Origin: Halorarum halobium
Lineage (GTDB): Archaea > Halobacteriota > Halobacteria > Halobacteriales > Haloferacaceae
Direction of reading: 5' to 3'
Length of the DNA stretch: 64,000 nt
Assembly: GCF_032116555.1 (NCBI RefSeq)
Contig: NZ_CP134949.1
Span: 1,178,001 to 1,242,000, forward strand
Shown: positions 48,387 to 57,906 of the stretch, one piece after another
How positions within the stretch are numbered: the first letter of the stretch is position 1
How the letters are laid out: every line of letters begins with the position of its first letter
Program-made: the position numbers and the translations under genes
Notes under the pieces: generated by a model
Told to the model about the DNA's origin: nothing
The model's database searches: none
What the model saw: the letters and a program-made list of their open reading frames with translations, nothing else

Positions 48387-49489
48387 GCTTCCGCCTCCAG
48401 GTCGGCCGCCGCGTCGACCTCGGCGACGACCTCGTTGAGCGTCTCGACCGCCCGCCTCGTCTCCGACTCGGTCCCGCAGGACACCCGGATGCACCCCGGC
48501 AGGCCGAACGATGACGTGTCGCGGACGATGACGCCCCGCTCCTTGGCGGCCTCCGCGACCGCCGTTCCGTCGCCGACGTCGGCGAGGACGAAGTTGGCCG
48601 CGCTGTCGTAGGTGCGTGCCTCGAGGTTCTCCGTGATGTGCTCGCGCGCCCACCGGGCCGACTCGACGGACCGCTCGACGTGCTCGCCGTCGTCCAGCGC
48701 GGCGTCGGCCGCCGCCAGCGCGACGGCACTGGCCGCGAAGGGAGTGTTCACGCGTGCGAACGCGTCGGCCCACTCCGGGGGCACCACGGCGTAGCCGATC
48801 CGCAGTCCCGCGAGGCCGTACGCCTTCGAGAACGTCCGGGTGACCGCGAGGTTCTCGTGCCCGGCGAGCAGATCGATCGCCGAGGCGGACTCGGAGAACT
48901 CGACGTACGCCTCGTCGACGACGACGAGCGTGTGGTCCGCGACGCCGTCGAGCAGCGCGAGCAACTCCTCGCGCGGGAGTTCCGAGCCGGTCGGGTTGTG
49001 CGGCGTCGTGACGTGGATCATCCGCTCGCCGTCGTAGGCGTCGAGCACGCCGTCGGCGGTCTGGGCGAACCCGTCGGACTTCGAGAGCGGGTACGTGCCG
49101 ACGGTCCCGTGGTGGTAGCGCGCGCTCATCCCGTAGTACGAGAAGCCGGGTTCGGGCGCGAGCACCCGGTCGTCGGGTTCGAGCATCGCGCGGGAGAGGT
49201 AGTCCAGCGCGCCGTCCGCGCCGGGGGTCACCCACACCTGTTCCGGGTCGACACCGCGCCGGTCCGCCAGTTTCTCGGTGAGGTCCGCGTGGGCGGCCGT
49301 CGGGTAGACGCCGGCCTCGCCGGCCGCCTCGCGGATGGCCTCGACGGCCTTCGGCGAGGGACCGTGGGGGTTCTCGTTCGAGGAGAGCTTCACCAGGTCG
49401 TCGGGGTCGAGCCCGAGCTCCCTGGCGACCTCCTCGACGCCCCGCCCCGGGTCGTAGGGGGCGTTCGCGGAGAGGTCTCGCGGTCGCAT
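48383..49489 (-). CDS. hisC: Histidinol-phosphate aminotransferase
   Basis: KLSSNENP, PHNPTG, DEAY, RTFSKAYGLAGLRIGY. Confidence 0.94.
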   Translation of the reverse strand: MRPRDLSANAPYDPGRGVEEVARELGLDPDDLVKLSSNENPHGPSPKAVEAIREAAGEAGVYPTAAHADLTEKLADRRGVDPEQVWVTPGADGALDYLSRAMLEPDDRVLAPEPGFSYYGMSARYHHGTVGTYPLSKSDGFAQTADGVLDAYDGERMIHVTTPHNPTGSELPREELLALLDGVADHTLVVVDEAYVEFSESASAIDLLAGHENLAVTRTFSKAYGLAGLRIGYAVVPPEWADAFARVNTPFAASAVALAAADAALDDGEHVERSVESARWAREHITENLEARTYDSAANFVLADVGDGTAVAEAAKERGVIVRDTSSFGLPGCIRVSCGTESETRRAVETLNEVVAEVDAAADLEAEA

Positions 49490-49599
49490 ACGCGAGGGGA
49501 GTGGCCGGCGCTTCTTAAGGGTGCCCACAGCGGCGGTCGCGGACGTGGTTCGGATGAGGTGTGCTGGCTGATTCTGGACGCGCTACGCACGACGAGACG

Positions 49600-50045
49600 G
49601 TCGGATGGCGCGCGGCGTTCACGAGAGCGTTGCTCTCGTGAGCTCACGGGACGCACGGCGTCTCGTGAACGGCCAAGCGGAGCGCGGCCGCTCGTGCGAG
49701 GGACGAGCATCGCAGGCTCGCGAGCGCAGCGAGCGAGCCGAGACGCGCAGGAGGCTGTTCACGCGAGCGGAGTCGTTCGAAAATCGAAGATTTCGTGATG
49801 ACGAAAGACGTTCTGGCGTCTTTCGAACCACGAGGGTGACTTCCGAGGAGCGTGCTCCGAGGTAAAGCACAGGAGGCTGGGGAAGGAGAGGTTCGGGGCG
49901 GTGCGGTTGCGCGGGTGGGACTGAAAGGGGCCGCGGCGGTCGGCGAACCCCGAACTCGCAAGCACCACAGCGCGACCGCAGGGAGCGCGAGGAGCGCAGC
50001 GCGGTTCGCGGGAGCCGAGCGCCGCGGGGGGTTTCGAGGCAGGGT
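49600..50045. repeat. Composite palindrome-rich intergenic repeat (REP/MITE-like), copy B
   Basis: Tandem hairpins (e.g. GTTCACGAGAGC-GTT-GCTCTCGTGAGC; CGAAAGACG..CGTCTTTCG); modules GAGGCTGGGGA, GGGACTGAAAGGGGCC...GGGGGTTTCGAGG; segments shared with 26.9-27.1 kb. Confidence 0.75.
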
Positions 50046-50250
50046 CGCGACAACCGGATAGACTCTCGATCGAGTGCTTCCAGGCGAACCAGAACTACTC
50101 CTGGACGCGACAAATCCGAACCAACGTTCAAATACGATGGCGACCCAGCCGCCCCGTGACCTGAACGAGGCCCCGGCGCGTCAGCGGGTGCGCGGCGACT
50201 CGCGCCGGGGACGGACGACGCCGCCTGTCAGCCCCGCAAGAGCGACTGCC

Positions 50251-51561
50251 TTACCCATCCACCCCGCCGGAGCCGCCCACGTCCGCGGCTCGTCGTTCGG
50301 CCTCCGCCACGACGGACGGCTTTCCGACGAAGGCGACGCGAACGAGGTCCCCGTCGTATTTCACCGTCACGTCGCCGCGCTCGTGGAGCCACGACAGCAG
50401 CGGCTGTGCGTCGCTGCAGTTCGGAACCGCGAACTCGACGTGTTCGGTCGGCAGCGCGTCCGCCAGAGCCGCCAGCAGTTCGTCGATCCCCCCTCCAGCT
50501 AGCGCGCTCACCGCGACCGGCTCCCGGGTCTGGAGTGCCGACCGGCGTACGAGGTCGCGGCGCTCAGCCAGCGCGTCGTCGTCGAGTCGGTCGACCTTGT
50601 TGAGGACCGGAATGATCGGTCCCCGTGCCTCCGCGGCGAGCACCTCCGTCGTCACCGAGAGCCGTCGCTGCAGCGACTCTGTATCCGCGCTCGCGTCGAC
50701 CACGGCGAGCACCGCGTCCGCGTCGGCGACCTCGCCGAGCGTCGTCGAAAAGGAGCTCACGAGGTCGTGCGGGAGGTCGTCCACGAGGCCGACCGTGTCG
50801 GTGACGAGCGTCCGTCGCCCGCCGAGGGTCGCGCGCCGGGTCGTCGTCTCGAGCGTCTCGAACAGTCGGTCCGCCACCTCGGCGGTACCCACGACGTCGC
50901 CGTGTTCCGGCTCGCCGCCTTCGATCGAGAGGTCGTCGGAGAGCCGGTGGAGCAGCGTCGACTTCCCGGCGTTCGTGTAGCCCGCGAGCGCGACGAGGTC
51001 GAACCCCTCCTCGCGGCGTTCCGCTCGGCGGTCCGCGGCCTCGGTCCGTGCGTCCGCGAGTTTCCCGTCGATGGCGTCGATGCGCCGTTCCAGGTCTAGC
51101 ACCGGCGACCCCTTCTCGGTCGCCTCGTTGAGCAGCGACCGTTCGGTCGTCTGTCGGAGCCGCGGAAGCTCGTACTCCAGTCTCGCTCGTTCGACCTGGA
51201 GGTTCGCGACCCGGTTTCCGGCACCCTCGGCGAAGATTTCGAGGACGAGCCGGTAGCGGTCGACCAGCGCCGTCTCGTCGGGGAGGAGTTCGACGAGCGA
51301 GCCGTACTGGCCGGGGTCGAGCGTCCCGTCGAAGACGACGAGGTCGGCGTCGACGTCGCCCGCGACGGCCGCCAGTTCCTCGGCCTTCCCGCGGCCGAGG
51401 CCGTACGTGCTGTCCTCCCGTCGGTTCTGTGTCACCGCCGCGACCACCTCACAGCCGGCGGCCTCGGCGAGTCGGCGAATCTCGTCAGTGTTCGGTACCG
51501 CGTCGTCGTCGCGGGCGGCGACTACCGCGCGTCCGTCCCGCAGTGGTTCTCCTGCTTGCAT
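50251..51561 (-). CDS. hflX: GTPase HflX (divergent paralog)
   Basis: GRGKAEE, DRYRLVLEIF, LQVERARLEYELPR, GYTNAGKST, LFETL, DTVG, NKVD, VSAL. Confidence 0.9.
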   Translation of the reverse strand: MQAGEPLRDGRAVVAARDDDAVPNTDEIRRLAEAAGCEVVAAVTQNRREDSTYGLGRGKAEELAAVAGDVDADLVVFDGTLDPGQYGSLVELLPDETALVDRYRLVLEIFAEGAGNRVANLQVERARLEYELPRLRQTTERSLLNEATEKGSPVLDLERRIDAIDGKLADARTEAADRRAERREEGFDLVALAGYTNAGKSTLLHRLSDDLSIEGGEPEHGDVVGTAEVADRLFETLETTTRRATLGGRRTLVTDTVGLVDDLPHDLVSSFSTTLGEVADADAVLAVVDASADTESLQRRLSVTTEVLAAEARGPIIPVLNKVDRLDDDALAERRDLVRRSALQTREPVAVSALAGGGIDELLAALADALPTEHVEFAVPNCSDAQPLLSWLHERGDVTVKYDGDLVRVAFVGKPSVVAEAERRAADVGGSGGVDG

Positions 51562-51703
51562 CGGTCAGTGACCATCGCGTCGCGTTGCCGCGCCGACGGG
51601 ACCGCGGCCGAGCGACGGGCGGTCGAAGCGTCCGTGTAACTATCGGCTGAAAGCCACCGCGAACAGACGTGCTGACCGCTCGCGGTCCCGTCACCGCGTC
51701 GGG

Positions 51704-51730
51704 TCAGGACGGGTCGAAAAGGGTCTCCAT
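51704..51730 (-). CDS. Putative leader peptide uORF METLFDPS upstream of hflX
   Basis: ATG GAG ACC CTT TTC GAC CCG TCC TGA; TTTACA box (51756-51761) 26 nt upstream. Confidence 0.55.
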   Translation of the reverse strand: METLFDPS

Positions 51731-51821
51731 CGACAGGTAGATCGCCCGCCCCCGGTGTAAACGTTGGTACGGTGTGAGAGGAGTGCGCACGGTCGATTCA
51801 CCCGCCTTCGGAACCCGTCCG

Positions 51822-52103
51822 TCAGCCGCGCGGCTCGACGACGTAGTGGGACTCGCCCTGCGCGACCAGGTCGGCGTCCTCCCGGAGCGTCACGAGGTAA
51901 CCGGTCGGACTCCGTTCGAGTTCGTGTTCGGCGGTGACGCGGACGAGGTTGCCGATGAGCTGTGCGGACGGCGGTTTCTGGGCGGCCGCACAGTCGTAGA
52001 CGGTGAGCAGTTCCTTCCCGTCGTCGGCCTCGTAGACGATGAGCCGGGCGTGCGGTGCGAGCCGCCAGCGGCCGTCGCCGGCCGAGGGGAGTTTCAGCGT
52101 CAT
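51822..52103 (-). CDS. Hypothetical protein (93 aa), coupled to the HerA-like gene
   Basis: MTLKLPSAGDGRWRL...LTVYDCAAAQKPPSAQLIGNL; ATGA overlap. Confidence 0.7.
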   Translation of the reverse strand: MTLKLPSAGDGRWRLAPHARLIVYEADDGKELLTVYDCAAAQKPPSAQLIGNLVRVTAEHELERSPTGYLVTLREDADLVAQGESHYVVEPRG

Positions 52104-53944
52104 TCCGCGCTCGTGAGTCCGGCCCGGTTCTCGATCTCCGCGACGACCTCGGTCAGTTCCTGCCCGTCGACGTTGTCGCCGTACACCCGGTCGACGAGAT
52201 CTGGCAGGGCGTACGCGTACTCGCCGCGGGACCGATGTTCGATCACGCCCGCCCGTCGGAGGGTCTTGTTGCGACTGTACGCGAAGCGCCGGTCGCCCGA
52301 CCCGCCCGAGGCGAGGTGGGCCTCCTCGGCCGTCGCACGGCCGGTCCCCCGGTAGTAGGCGAGCATCGCCCGCGTCACGTCGTCGAGCGAGCGGACCGCG
52401 CGTGCGAACCCCTCGACGACCGCCTCCCGACGCCGGAGTTCGGTCCCCTCCGCGAAGGAGGCGAGTTCGGCGTGCCGGTCGAACCCGGACCGGGACCGGG
52501 CGTCCGCGATGTCGACCCCCTCGGTGGGGGGAACCGCCTCCGGCGTCGCGGCTTCGACCGCGGTGTCGTTCGCCTCGACGGTCGAAGCAGCCCCGTCCGC
52601 GCTCGTGTCCGCGCCGCTCCCGTTCGAGCGGTGCCGGGTCGACGAGTCCCCGTTCGGTGCGACGCCGCTTGCGACCTCCTCCACCGTCGGCTCGCCGTCC
52701 GCTGTCCTGACGTTCCCGTCGACGTCGCGTGTTTCGCCGGCAGCACCCGTCCCGTCGGCGGCGTGCGTCTCGCCGTCGGCTGTCGAGAGCGTTCGCTGCT
52801 CGCCGCCCGCTCCACCGTCGTCGGCGACGCGCCCGCGTTCCGCGTCCGCGGCCTCGCGTGTGAGGTTTCGACCGCCGCCGCCGCGATACGGGGCCTCGGC
52901 CTTCCGGAGCAGCGCCTGTGCGAACGTATCGGCCATCGAGGACATGTCCTTGGCCTCCTCCAGTTCGCGTTCGAGCTGGGTGATCCGCTGGCGCTTCTTG
53001 TCGAGTTCCCGTCTGAGATCGGCGATCTCGGACTCGCGCCGTTCGCGCTCGTCCGTGATGCCCTGGAGTTCCGAGACCAGGTCGCCCGAGACGGACTTGA
53101 GGTCGGGCCGTTCGAAGTCCTCCAGCCCGGGAGTCGCGCCGGCGTCGAAGGTCCGCTTCCGGTGGAACTGCACCCGACGGATCGACTCGGCCCAGTCGGT
53201 CATCATGAACGCCTCGCCGTCGTCCATGTCCTCGATGGCCTCGCCGTAGTCGCTCCCCAGAATCCTGGAGACGACCTTCGTGTCGTTGTCCCAGGTAAGC
53301 CGGTGCCAGCAGAGCCAGTCGCACTGGGTGATGAAGTCCTTCTTCACGTCGGCCGGTCGCTGGGAGATGCCGACGATGCCGAGGCCGTGTTTCCGCCCGC
53401 GCTTGCCGATCTTGATGAGCGTCTTGCCGGTCTCGTCCATCCCGGCGCCCTCCGGGATGTACTCGTGGCACTCCTCGACCAGCATGAGGAACGGCTTCTT
53501 CAGCTTCTTCTCCTTGGCGAACAGCTGTCTGGCGGTCTCCTTGATGATGGCCGACGCCTCGTCCTCGTCGAGATAGCCCGACACGTCGAGGATGATGGGG
53601 ACGTTCTGTTCGAGCGCGAGGCTCGCGAGTTTCCCCGCGTGCTCCTCGGACACCTGGATGTCGCACTCCTCGTCCGCGCCGGCGTGGAGGATCTCGAACT
53701 CCTGTTTCAGCCCGTAGTACTCGCCGTCCGAGTCGACGATGAGCACCGGGAAGTTGTTCGACAGGAGGTTCTCGATGACGACCGACGCCGTGTTGGACTT
53801 CCCGCTCCCGGACTTCCCGGTGATGAACCCGCGCCCGGTGAGGATCTCGACGACCGGAAGCGAGATGGGGGTGCCGGCCGCGAGGTCCGACTCGCCGCCG
53901 ACGCCCTCGCTCACGTCGGCGACGGTGATGGTCTCCTCGCTCAT
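52100..53944 (-). CDS. HerA/DUF87-like ATPase with coiled coil and C-terminal wHTH-like domain
   Basis: Walker A GKSGSGKS, VDSDGEY, Walker B LVEECHE, RGRKHGLG..SQRPA. Confidence 0.85.
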   Translation of the reverse strand: MSEETITVADVSEGVGGESDLAAGTPISLPVVEILTGRGFITGKSGSGKSNTASVVIENLLSNNFPVLIVDSDGEYYGLKQEFEILHAGADEECDIQVSEEHAGKLASLALEQNVPIILDVSGYLDEDEASAIIKETARQLFAKEKKLKKPFLMLVEECHEYIPEGAGMDETGKTLIKIGKRGRKHGLGIVGISQRPADVKKDFITQCDWLCWHRLTWDNDTKVVSRILGSDYGEAIEDMDDGEAFMMTDWAESIRRVQFHRKRTFDAGATPGLEDFERPDLKSVSGDLVSELQGITDERERRESEIADLRRELDKKRQRITQLERELEEAKDMSSMADTFAQALLRKAEAPYRGGGGRNLTREAADAERGRVADDGGAGGEQRTLSTADGETHAADGTGAAGETRDVDGNVRTADGEPTVEEVASGVAPNGDSSTRHRSNGSGADTSADGAASTVEANDTAVEAATPEAVPPTEGVDIADARSRSGFDRHAELASFAEGTELRRREAVVEGFARAVRSLDDVTRAMLAYYRGTGRATAEEAHLASGGSGDRRFAYSRNKTLRRAGVIEHRSRGEYAYALPDLVDRVYGDNVDGQELTEVVAEIENRAGLTSAE

Positions 53945-54066
53945 TGTCCGTACCGAACCGGTCTCCGGCCATAAGTCCCTCCCCGATGTCTGACGGACGT
54001 CACGCGGTCGGGACGGTTGCCCACCCTCTCCCTGCCGCGACGACGTTCACCACCGGGGCGTCACCG

Positions 54067-54468
54067 TCAGCCGGCGGCCCGGACGGCGTCCAGCGCGAGC
54101 CGCCACTCGTCGGCGATCTCGTCGACGCGCGACTTCTCGTCCTCGACGTCCTGCTGGTCCCGGAGCCAGTAGAGGTCGGTGTAGAACGTCACGAGCGCTT
54201 CGACCTCCGCGTCGCTCAGTCGGCCGATCTCGCCCGCGTTCGTCTCGTAGACGACCGGCTCCTCGACGGTCGCGGCCAGTTCCTCGTACCGGCCCGCCTC
54301 GCTCAACTCCTCGACGTATGACAGCGCCGCGAGCTCCGTTTCGAACGCCAGCCTGAGTCGCTCGACCGCCGCGCGCCGTCGGCGCACGAACAGGAAGTAG
54401 GATCCGGCGATGGTCGCGACCGCACCGATGAGGCTGCCGACGACGAAGCCGGCGAGCGGTCCGGCCAT
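54067..54468 (-). CDS. Hypothetical protein with N-terminal TM helix
   Basis: MAGPLAGFVVGSLIGAVATIAGSYFLFVRRRR followed by an acidic helical domain. Confidence 0.7.
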   Translation of the reverse strand: MAGPLAGFVVGSLIGAVATIAGSYFLFVRRRRAAVERLRLAFETELAALSYVEELSEAGRYEELAATVEEPVVYETNAGEIGRLSDAEVEALVTFYTDLYWLRDQQDVEDEKSRVDEIADEWRLALDAVRAAG

Positions 54469-54529
54469 ACGGACGATTGCGGCCGCGAACTGAAACTCGT
54501 GGCGGCCGTTCGTCGCTCGCGCCCCCGAC

Positions 54530-55957
54530 TCACTCGAACTCGCCGAGCGAGACCTGCCCGTTCGGCGACCGGCGCCGGCGTTCGCGCTCGCCCGGGTCGG
54601 CGTCGACGTCGGGGTCCACGACGCCGGCTTCCTCGGCCCAGTCGTCGAGCGTCGGGTCGGCCGAGCCGCCCCCTCGATCCTCGCGCCGGTCGCCGTCCGG
54701 GCTTCCGGGGGTCGAATCGCCCGGTTCACCGGACTCCCCGGACCGGCCGGCCTCCACGGTTTCGTCGGTCTCGCCGCCCTCGTAGCCGCCGAGCGTCGCC
54801 TGCTCGCCGGCGCCGAAGGAGAGGTTCGAGACCCGGACGCCGAGCTTGCGGACCGTCTCGCCGTCGAACTCGGAGAGGAGGTCGAGCGCGACCTCCCGAA
54901 CGAGTTCCGGGTCGTCGACCGGCCCAGAGAGCGACTCGGCGCGGGTGTTCACGTCGTAGGGGGTCGTGACGGCCTTGATGCCGATGGTGCGGTACATCGC
55001 GTCACGCGAGCGGGCGCGTTCGGCCACGTCGGCCGCGAGCGCCCGGACGACCTCGGCCTTCTCCTCGTCGTCGTCGGTCCGTTCCGAGACCGCCGACTCG
55101 CGCGAGAGGCTCTTGGGACGGCCCGTCGGCGTCACCTCCCGGTCGTCGCGGCCGCGGGCGCGGTCGTACAGTTCCCGCCCGCGCTCGCCGAAGCGATCGG
55201 TCAGGTCCGACGGGTCGGCGTCGGCGAGGTCGCCCGCGGTCCCGATGCCCGCGTCCGCGAGCGTCCGGGCGGTCACCGGGCCGACGCCGTGGATGTCCTC
55301 GACCGGAAGCGGGGCGAGGAACGACTCGATCTCGCCCGGTGCGACGACCGTCAGGCCGTCGGGCTTGTCGAAGTCCGAGGCGATCTTCGCTGTCGCCATG
55401 TTCGGCGCGACGCCGACGCTGGCGACCACGCCCGCCTCGCGCTCGATGCGGTCCTTCACGTGCCGTGCGAACCCCTCGGCCAGCGTCCGGTCGCCGTCCG
55501 GCGCGTCGATCCAGGCGGTTCGCTCGGTCACGTCGAGGTACGCCTCGTCGATGCTGACCTCCCGAACCGTCTCCGCGCAGTCGTGCAGGACCTCCTTCAC
55601 CGCCGCGGCGACCCGCTTGTAGAACTCCATGTCCACGGGGCGGTAGTAGCCCGCCTCCGCCGGGTCGGGCGCGTCGGGGTCGTCGGCGTCGGCGTTCGCC
55701 ATGCGGGGGAGTCGCTCCAGCGCGCCCGAGATGGGCTGGGCCGACTCGACGCCGAACTCGCGCGCCTCGTAGCTCGAGGTGGCGACGGCGCCGATCGTCT
55801 CGCCGGCCTCGTAGCCCATCCCCACGACCACCGGCTCGCCGCGAAGCTGGGGCTCGCGGAGCCGTTCGCACGAGGCGTAAAAGCAGTCCATGTCCACGTG
55901 CAACACGACGCGCTCCCCGCCGTCGTCGGTCGGCGCCCCGGGAAGCGTCCCCTCCAT
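54530..55957 (-). CDS. dinB: Y-family DNA polymerase (PolY/DinB)
   Basis: HVDMDCFYASCE, SYEAREFGV, SIDEAYLD, AKIASDFDKPDG, HGVGP. Confidence 0.94.
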   Translation of the reverse strand: MEGTLPGAPTDDGGERVVLHVDMDCFYASCERLREPQLRGEPVVVGMGYEAGETIGAVATSSYEAREFGVESAQPISGALERLPRMANADADDPDAPDPAEAGYYRPVDMEFYKRVAAAVKEVLHDCAETVREVSIDEAYLDVTERTAWIDAPDGDRTLAEGFARHVKDRIEREAGVVASVGVAPNMATAKIASDFDKPDGLTVVAPGEIESFLAPLPVEDIHGVGPVTARTLADAGIGTAGDLADADPSDLTDRFGERGRELYDRARGRDDREVTPTGRPKSLSRESAVSERTDDDEEKAEVVRALAADVAERARSRDAMYRTIGIKAVTTPYDVNTRAESLSGPVDDPELVREVALDLLSEFDGETVRKLGVRVSNLSFGAGEQATLGGYEGGETDETVEAGRSGESGEPGDSTPGSPDGDRREDRGGGSADPTLDDWAEEAGVVDPDVDADPGERERRRRSPNGQVSLGEFE

Positions 55958-56132
55958 ACCTCCTGGTAGCCACTTGGTCGTGGTTAAGCTTCGCCTCCCG
56001 GGGTGAATGTAGTCGAATCCTGCGGGTTCCGGTTCTCGCGTTCGGAACGTTCGGGTCCCCGCGTCCGGCGGGGACGGGTTCCTGCTCGCGTCCCACCGGT
56101 GACATTATGTCCGTCGCGGTAACAGTTCACCC

Positions 56133-56972
56133 ATGGCCCTCCTCCGACCGTTCAGGGAGTCGCTCGGCGCGATCGCACGCAACCCCGTCATCCTCGCGAT
56201 GACCGGGCTGCTCGCGCTCGTTCAGGTTCCACAGTTCGCGGCACAGACGCTCGGCCCTCTGGTCTCGGCCGTCGTCTCGATCGGGTTCTCGCTCCTGTAC
56301 ATCGTGGCGATCCCGTACATCCAGGGCGGACTGTTCGGCATGGCGGACGAAGCGCTCGACGGGCGGACGAGCCTCGGACGGTTCCACAGCGCGGGCAAGG
56401 ACCACTACGTCTCGCTGCTCGTCGCCTACCTGCTCGTGTTCGCGCTCTCGCTCGTGATCGGCGGCGGCCTGTTCCTCGTCGGCTTCGTCGGTCTGTTCGC
56501 CGTCGTCGGCGCGAACCTCAGCACCGCGGCGACCGTCGCGATCGGCCTCGTCGTCGCGCTGCTGCTGCTCGTGTACGTCGTCGCGTTCGCGTTCGTACAG
56601 TTCTACGGACAGGCCATCGTCCTCGAGGACCTGGGCGGGATCGACGGCCTGCGACGGAGCGTCGGGACGGTCAGGTCGAACCTCCTCTCGGTGTTCCTCT
56701 ACACCGTCGTCGTCATGGTGTTCAGCGGCGGGTTCGGGCTGGTCGCCGGCGGCGCGTCGCTCGTGTTCTCCCCCCAGCCGACGCCCGGCCTCCCGATCCC
56801 CAAGGCGTCGCTCCCGATCATGGCCGCGGGCGCGCTGCTCCTGATCGTGCTCACGGCGCTGTTCTCGGCGATCTTCCTCGTGTTCTCGGTCGCGTTCTAC
56901 CGCGACCTCCGCGGCGGGACGGTCGCCGCGAACGCCGGCCGGGACGGCGACGCCGGGATCCCGTCGCTGTAA
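56133..56972 (+). CDS. Multi-TM membrane protein of unknown function
   Basis: About 6 hydrophobic segments, QFYGQAIVLED..GLRRS motif. Confidence 0.75.
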   Translation: MALLRPFRESLGAIARNPVILAMTGLLALVQVPQFAAQTLGPLVSAVVSIGFSLLYIVAIPYIQGGLFGMADEALDGRTSLGRFHSAGKDHYVSLLVAYLLVFALSLVIGGGLFLVGFVGLFAVVGANLSTAATVAIGLVVALLLLVYVVAFAFVQFYGQAIVLEDLGGIDGLRRSVGTVRSNLLSVFLYTVVVMVFSGGFGLVAGGASLVFSPQPTPGLPIPKASLPIMAAGALLLIVLTALFSAIFLVFSVAFYRDLRGGTVAANAGRDGDAGIPSL

Positions 56973-57087
56973 CCTGGCTCCGGCAGCGTCCCGGCACCTC
57001 CGATACCGCGATACGACTCGGGGGCGTTGGTTTCCCCGCTCGACTAGCCGTCGGGCGCGTCTTCGAAAGAGGGTGACTCCCTGTGGG

Positions 57088-57294
57088 TCAGCGATCGTTC
57101 ATCCGCGTCGCGGCTTCGTACCCACAGCGGGTACATTCGGCGACGCGGTAGGGCTCACGGGAGAACGACGCGTTCTCGCCCGAGCCCTCGGTCCGGATCT
57201 CGATCCCGACCTCGTGGGGAGTGTCCGCACCGCACTGGCTGCACGATTCGGTCAACGTCCCGTCCTCGCGTAGCGCGTGTGACACGGTGTTCAC
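57088..57294 (-). CDS. Small zinc-ribbon protein
   Basis: CSQCG...TPHEV...FSREPYRVAECTRCG...RMN. Start uncertain. Confidence 0.8.
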   Translation of the reverse strand: MNTVSHALREDGTLTESCSQCGADTPHEVGIEIRTEGSGENASFSREPYRVAECTRCGYEAATRMNDR

Positions 57295-57351
57295 CCTTTC
57301 TGGCCTACGGCATCGGTCGTAATAAGCGCGGGGTTCCCGGGAGTCGGGCGG

Positions 57352-57780
57352 TTACTTCAGTCGTTCCTGCAGCACGGACGGGTGAGCCGCCGTCACGCCC
57401 TCGATGTGACCGATCTCCTCGCTGATGGTGCGACCGAGTTCGTCGCCGTCCGCGGCGTGGACCTCGGCCATGAACATGTGATCGCCCGAGGAGGTGTAGA
57501 GCGACTCGACCGACTCGAGCGCCTTCAGTTCGCGGGTCGCTTCGACGTATCGTTCGCTGTCGACCTCGATCCCGACGAGGGCGATCGTCTTGCCCGACAG
57601 CTTCTTCGGGTCGACGTCCGCCGAGTAGCCGACGATGACGCCGTCGTCCTCCAGCTGGTTGATGTACTTTCGGACGGTCGGCTTCGACACCTCCGCCCGC
57701 TCGGCGATCTCGGCGTAGGAGGCCTGCGCATCCTGTTCGAGAACCTCGAGGATGCGGTCGGCCGTGGAGGTGGTGCTCAT
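57352..57780 (-). CDS. lrpA1: HTH-type transcriptional regulator LrpA1
   Basis: DAQASYAEIAERAEVSKPTVRKYI...SSGDHM; immediately downstream of porB, as in Halobacterium. Confidence 0.85.
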   Translation of the reverse strand: MSTTSTADRILEVLEQDAQASYAEIAERAEVSKPTVRKYINQLEDDGVIVGYSADVDPKKLSGKTIALVGIEVDSERYVEATRELKALESVESLYTSSGDHMFMAEVHAADGDELGRTISEEIGHIEGVTAAHPSVLQERLK

Positions 57781-57906
57781 TGCCGGTACTTTTGCGTCGA
57801 TGAAAAAATACCTTGCGAAGCGGAAAGCAGTTTGGCCGCCCACCGATAGGGAGCGGCCCCGAGCGGGTCGAGGTGCCCCGGTCGGGCGAATGGGGGCGCC
57901 AGGTCG

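Noticed and set aside
49530..50250. Possible CRISPR array or intact IS element
   Set aside because: There are no equal-length repeats with unique spacers, no cas genes and no transposase ORF. Kept only as a REP/MITE-like repeat.
51522..51575. Out-of-frame ATG (51575) giving a 17-aa ORF overlapping the hflX start, suggesting a frameshifted N-terminus
   Set aside because: The hflX frame has its own ATG at 51561 and a complete N-domain, so there is no evidence for a frameshift. A regulatory role cannot be excluded.
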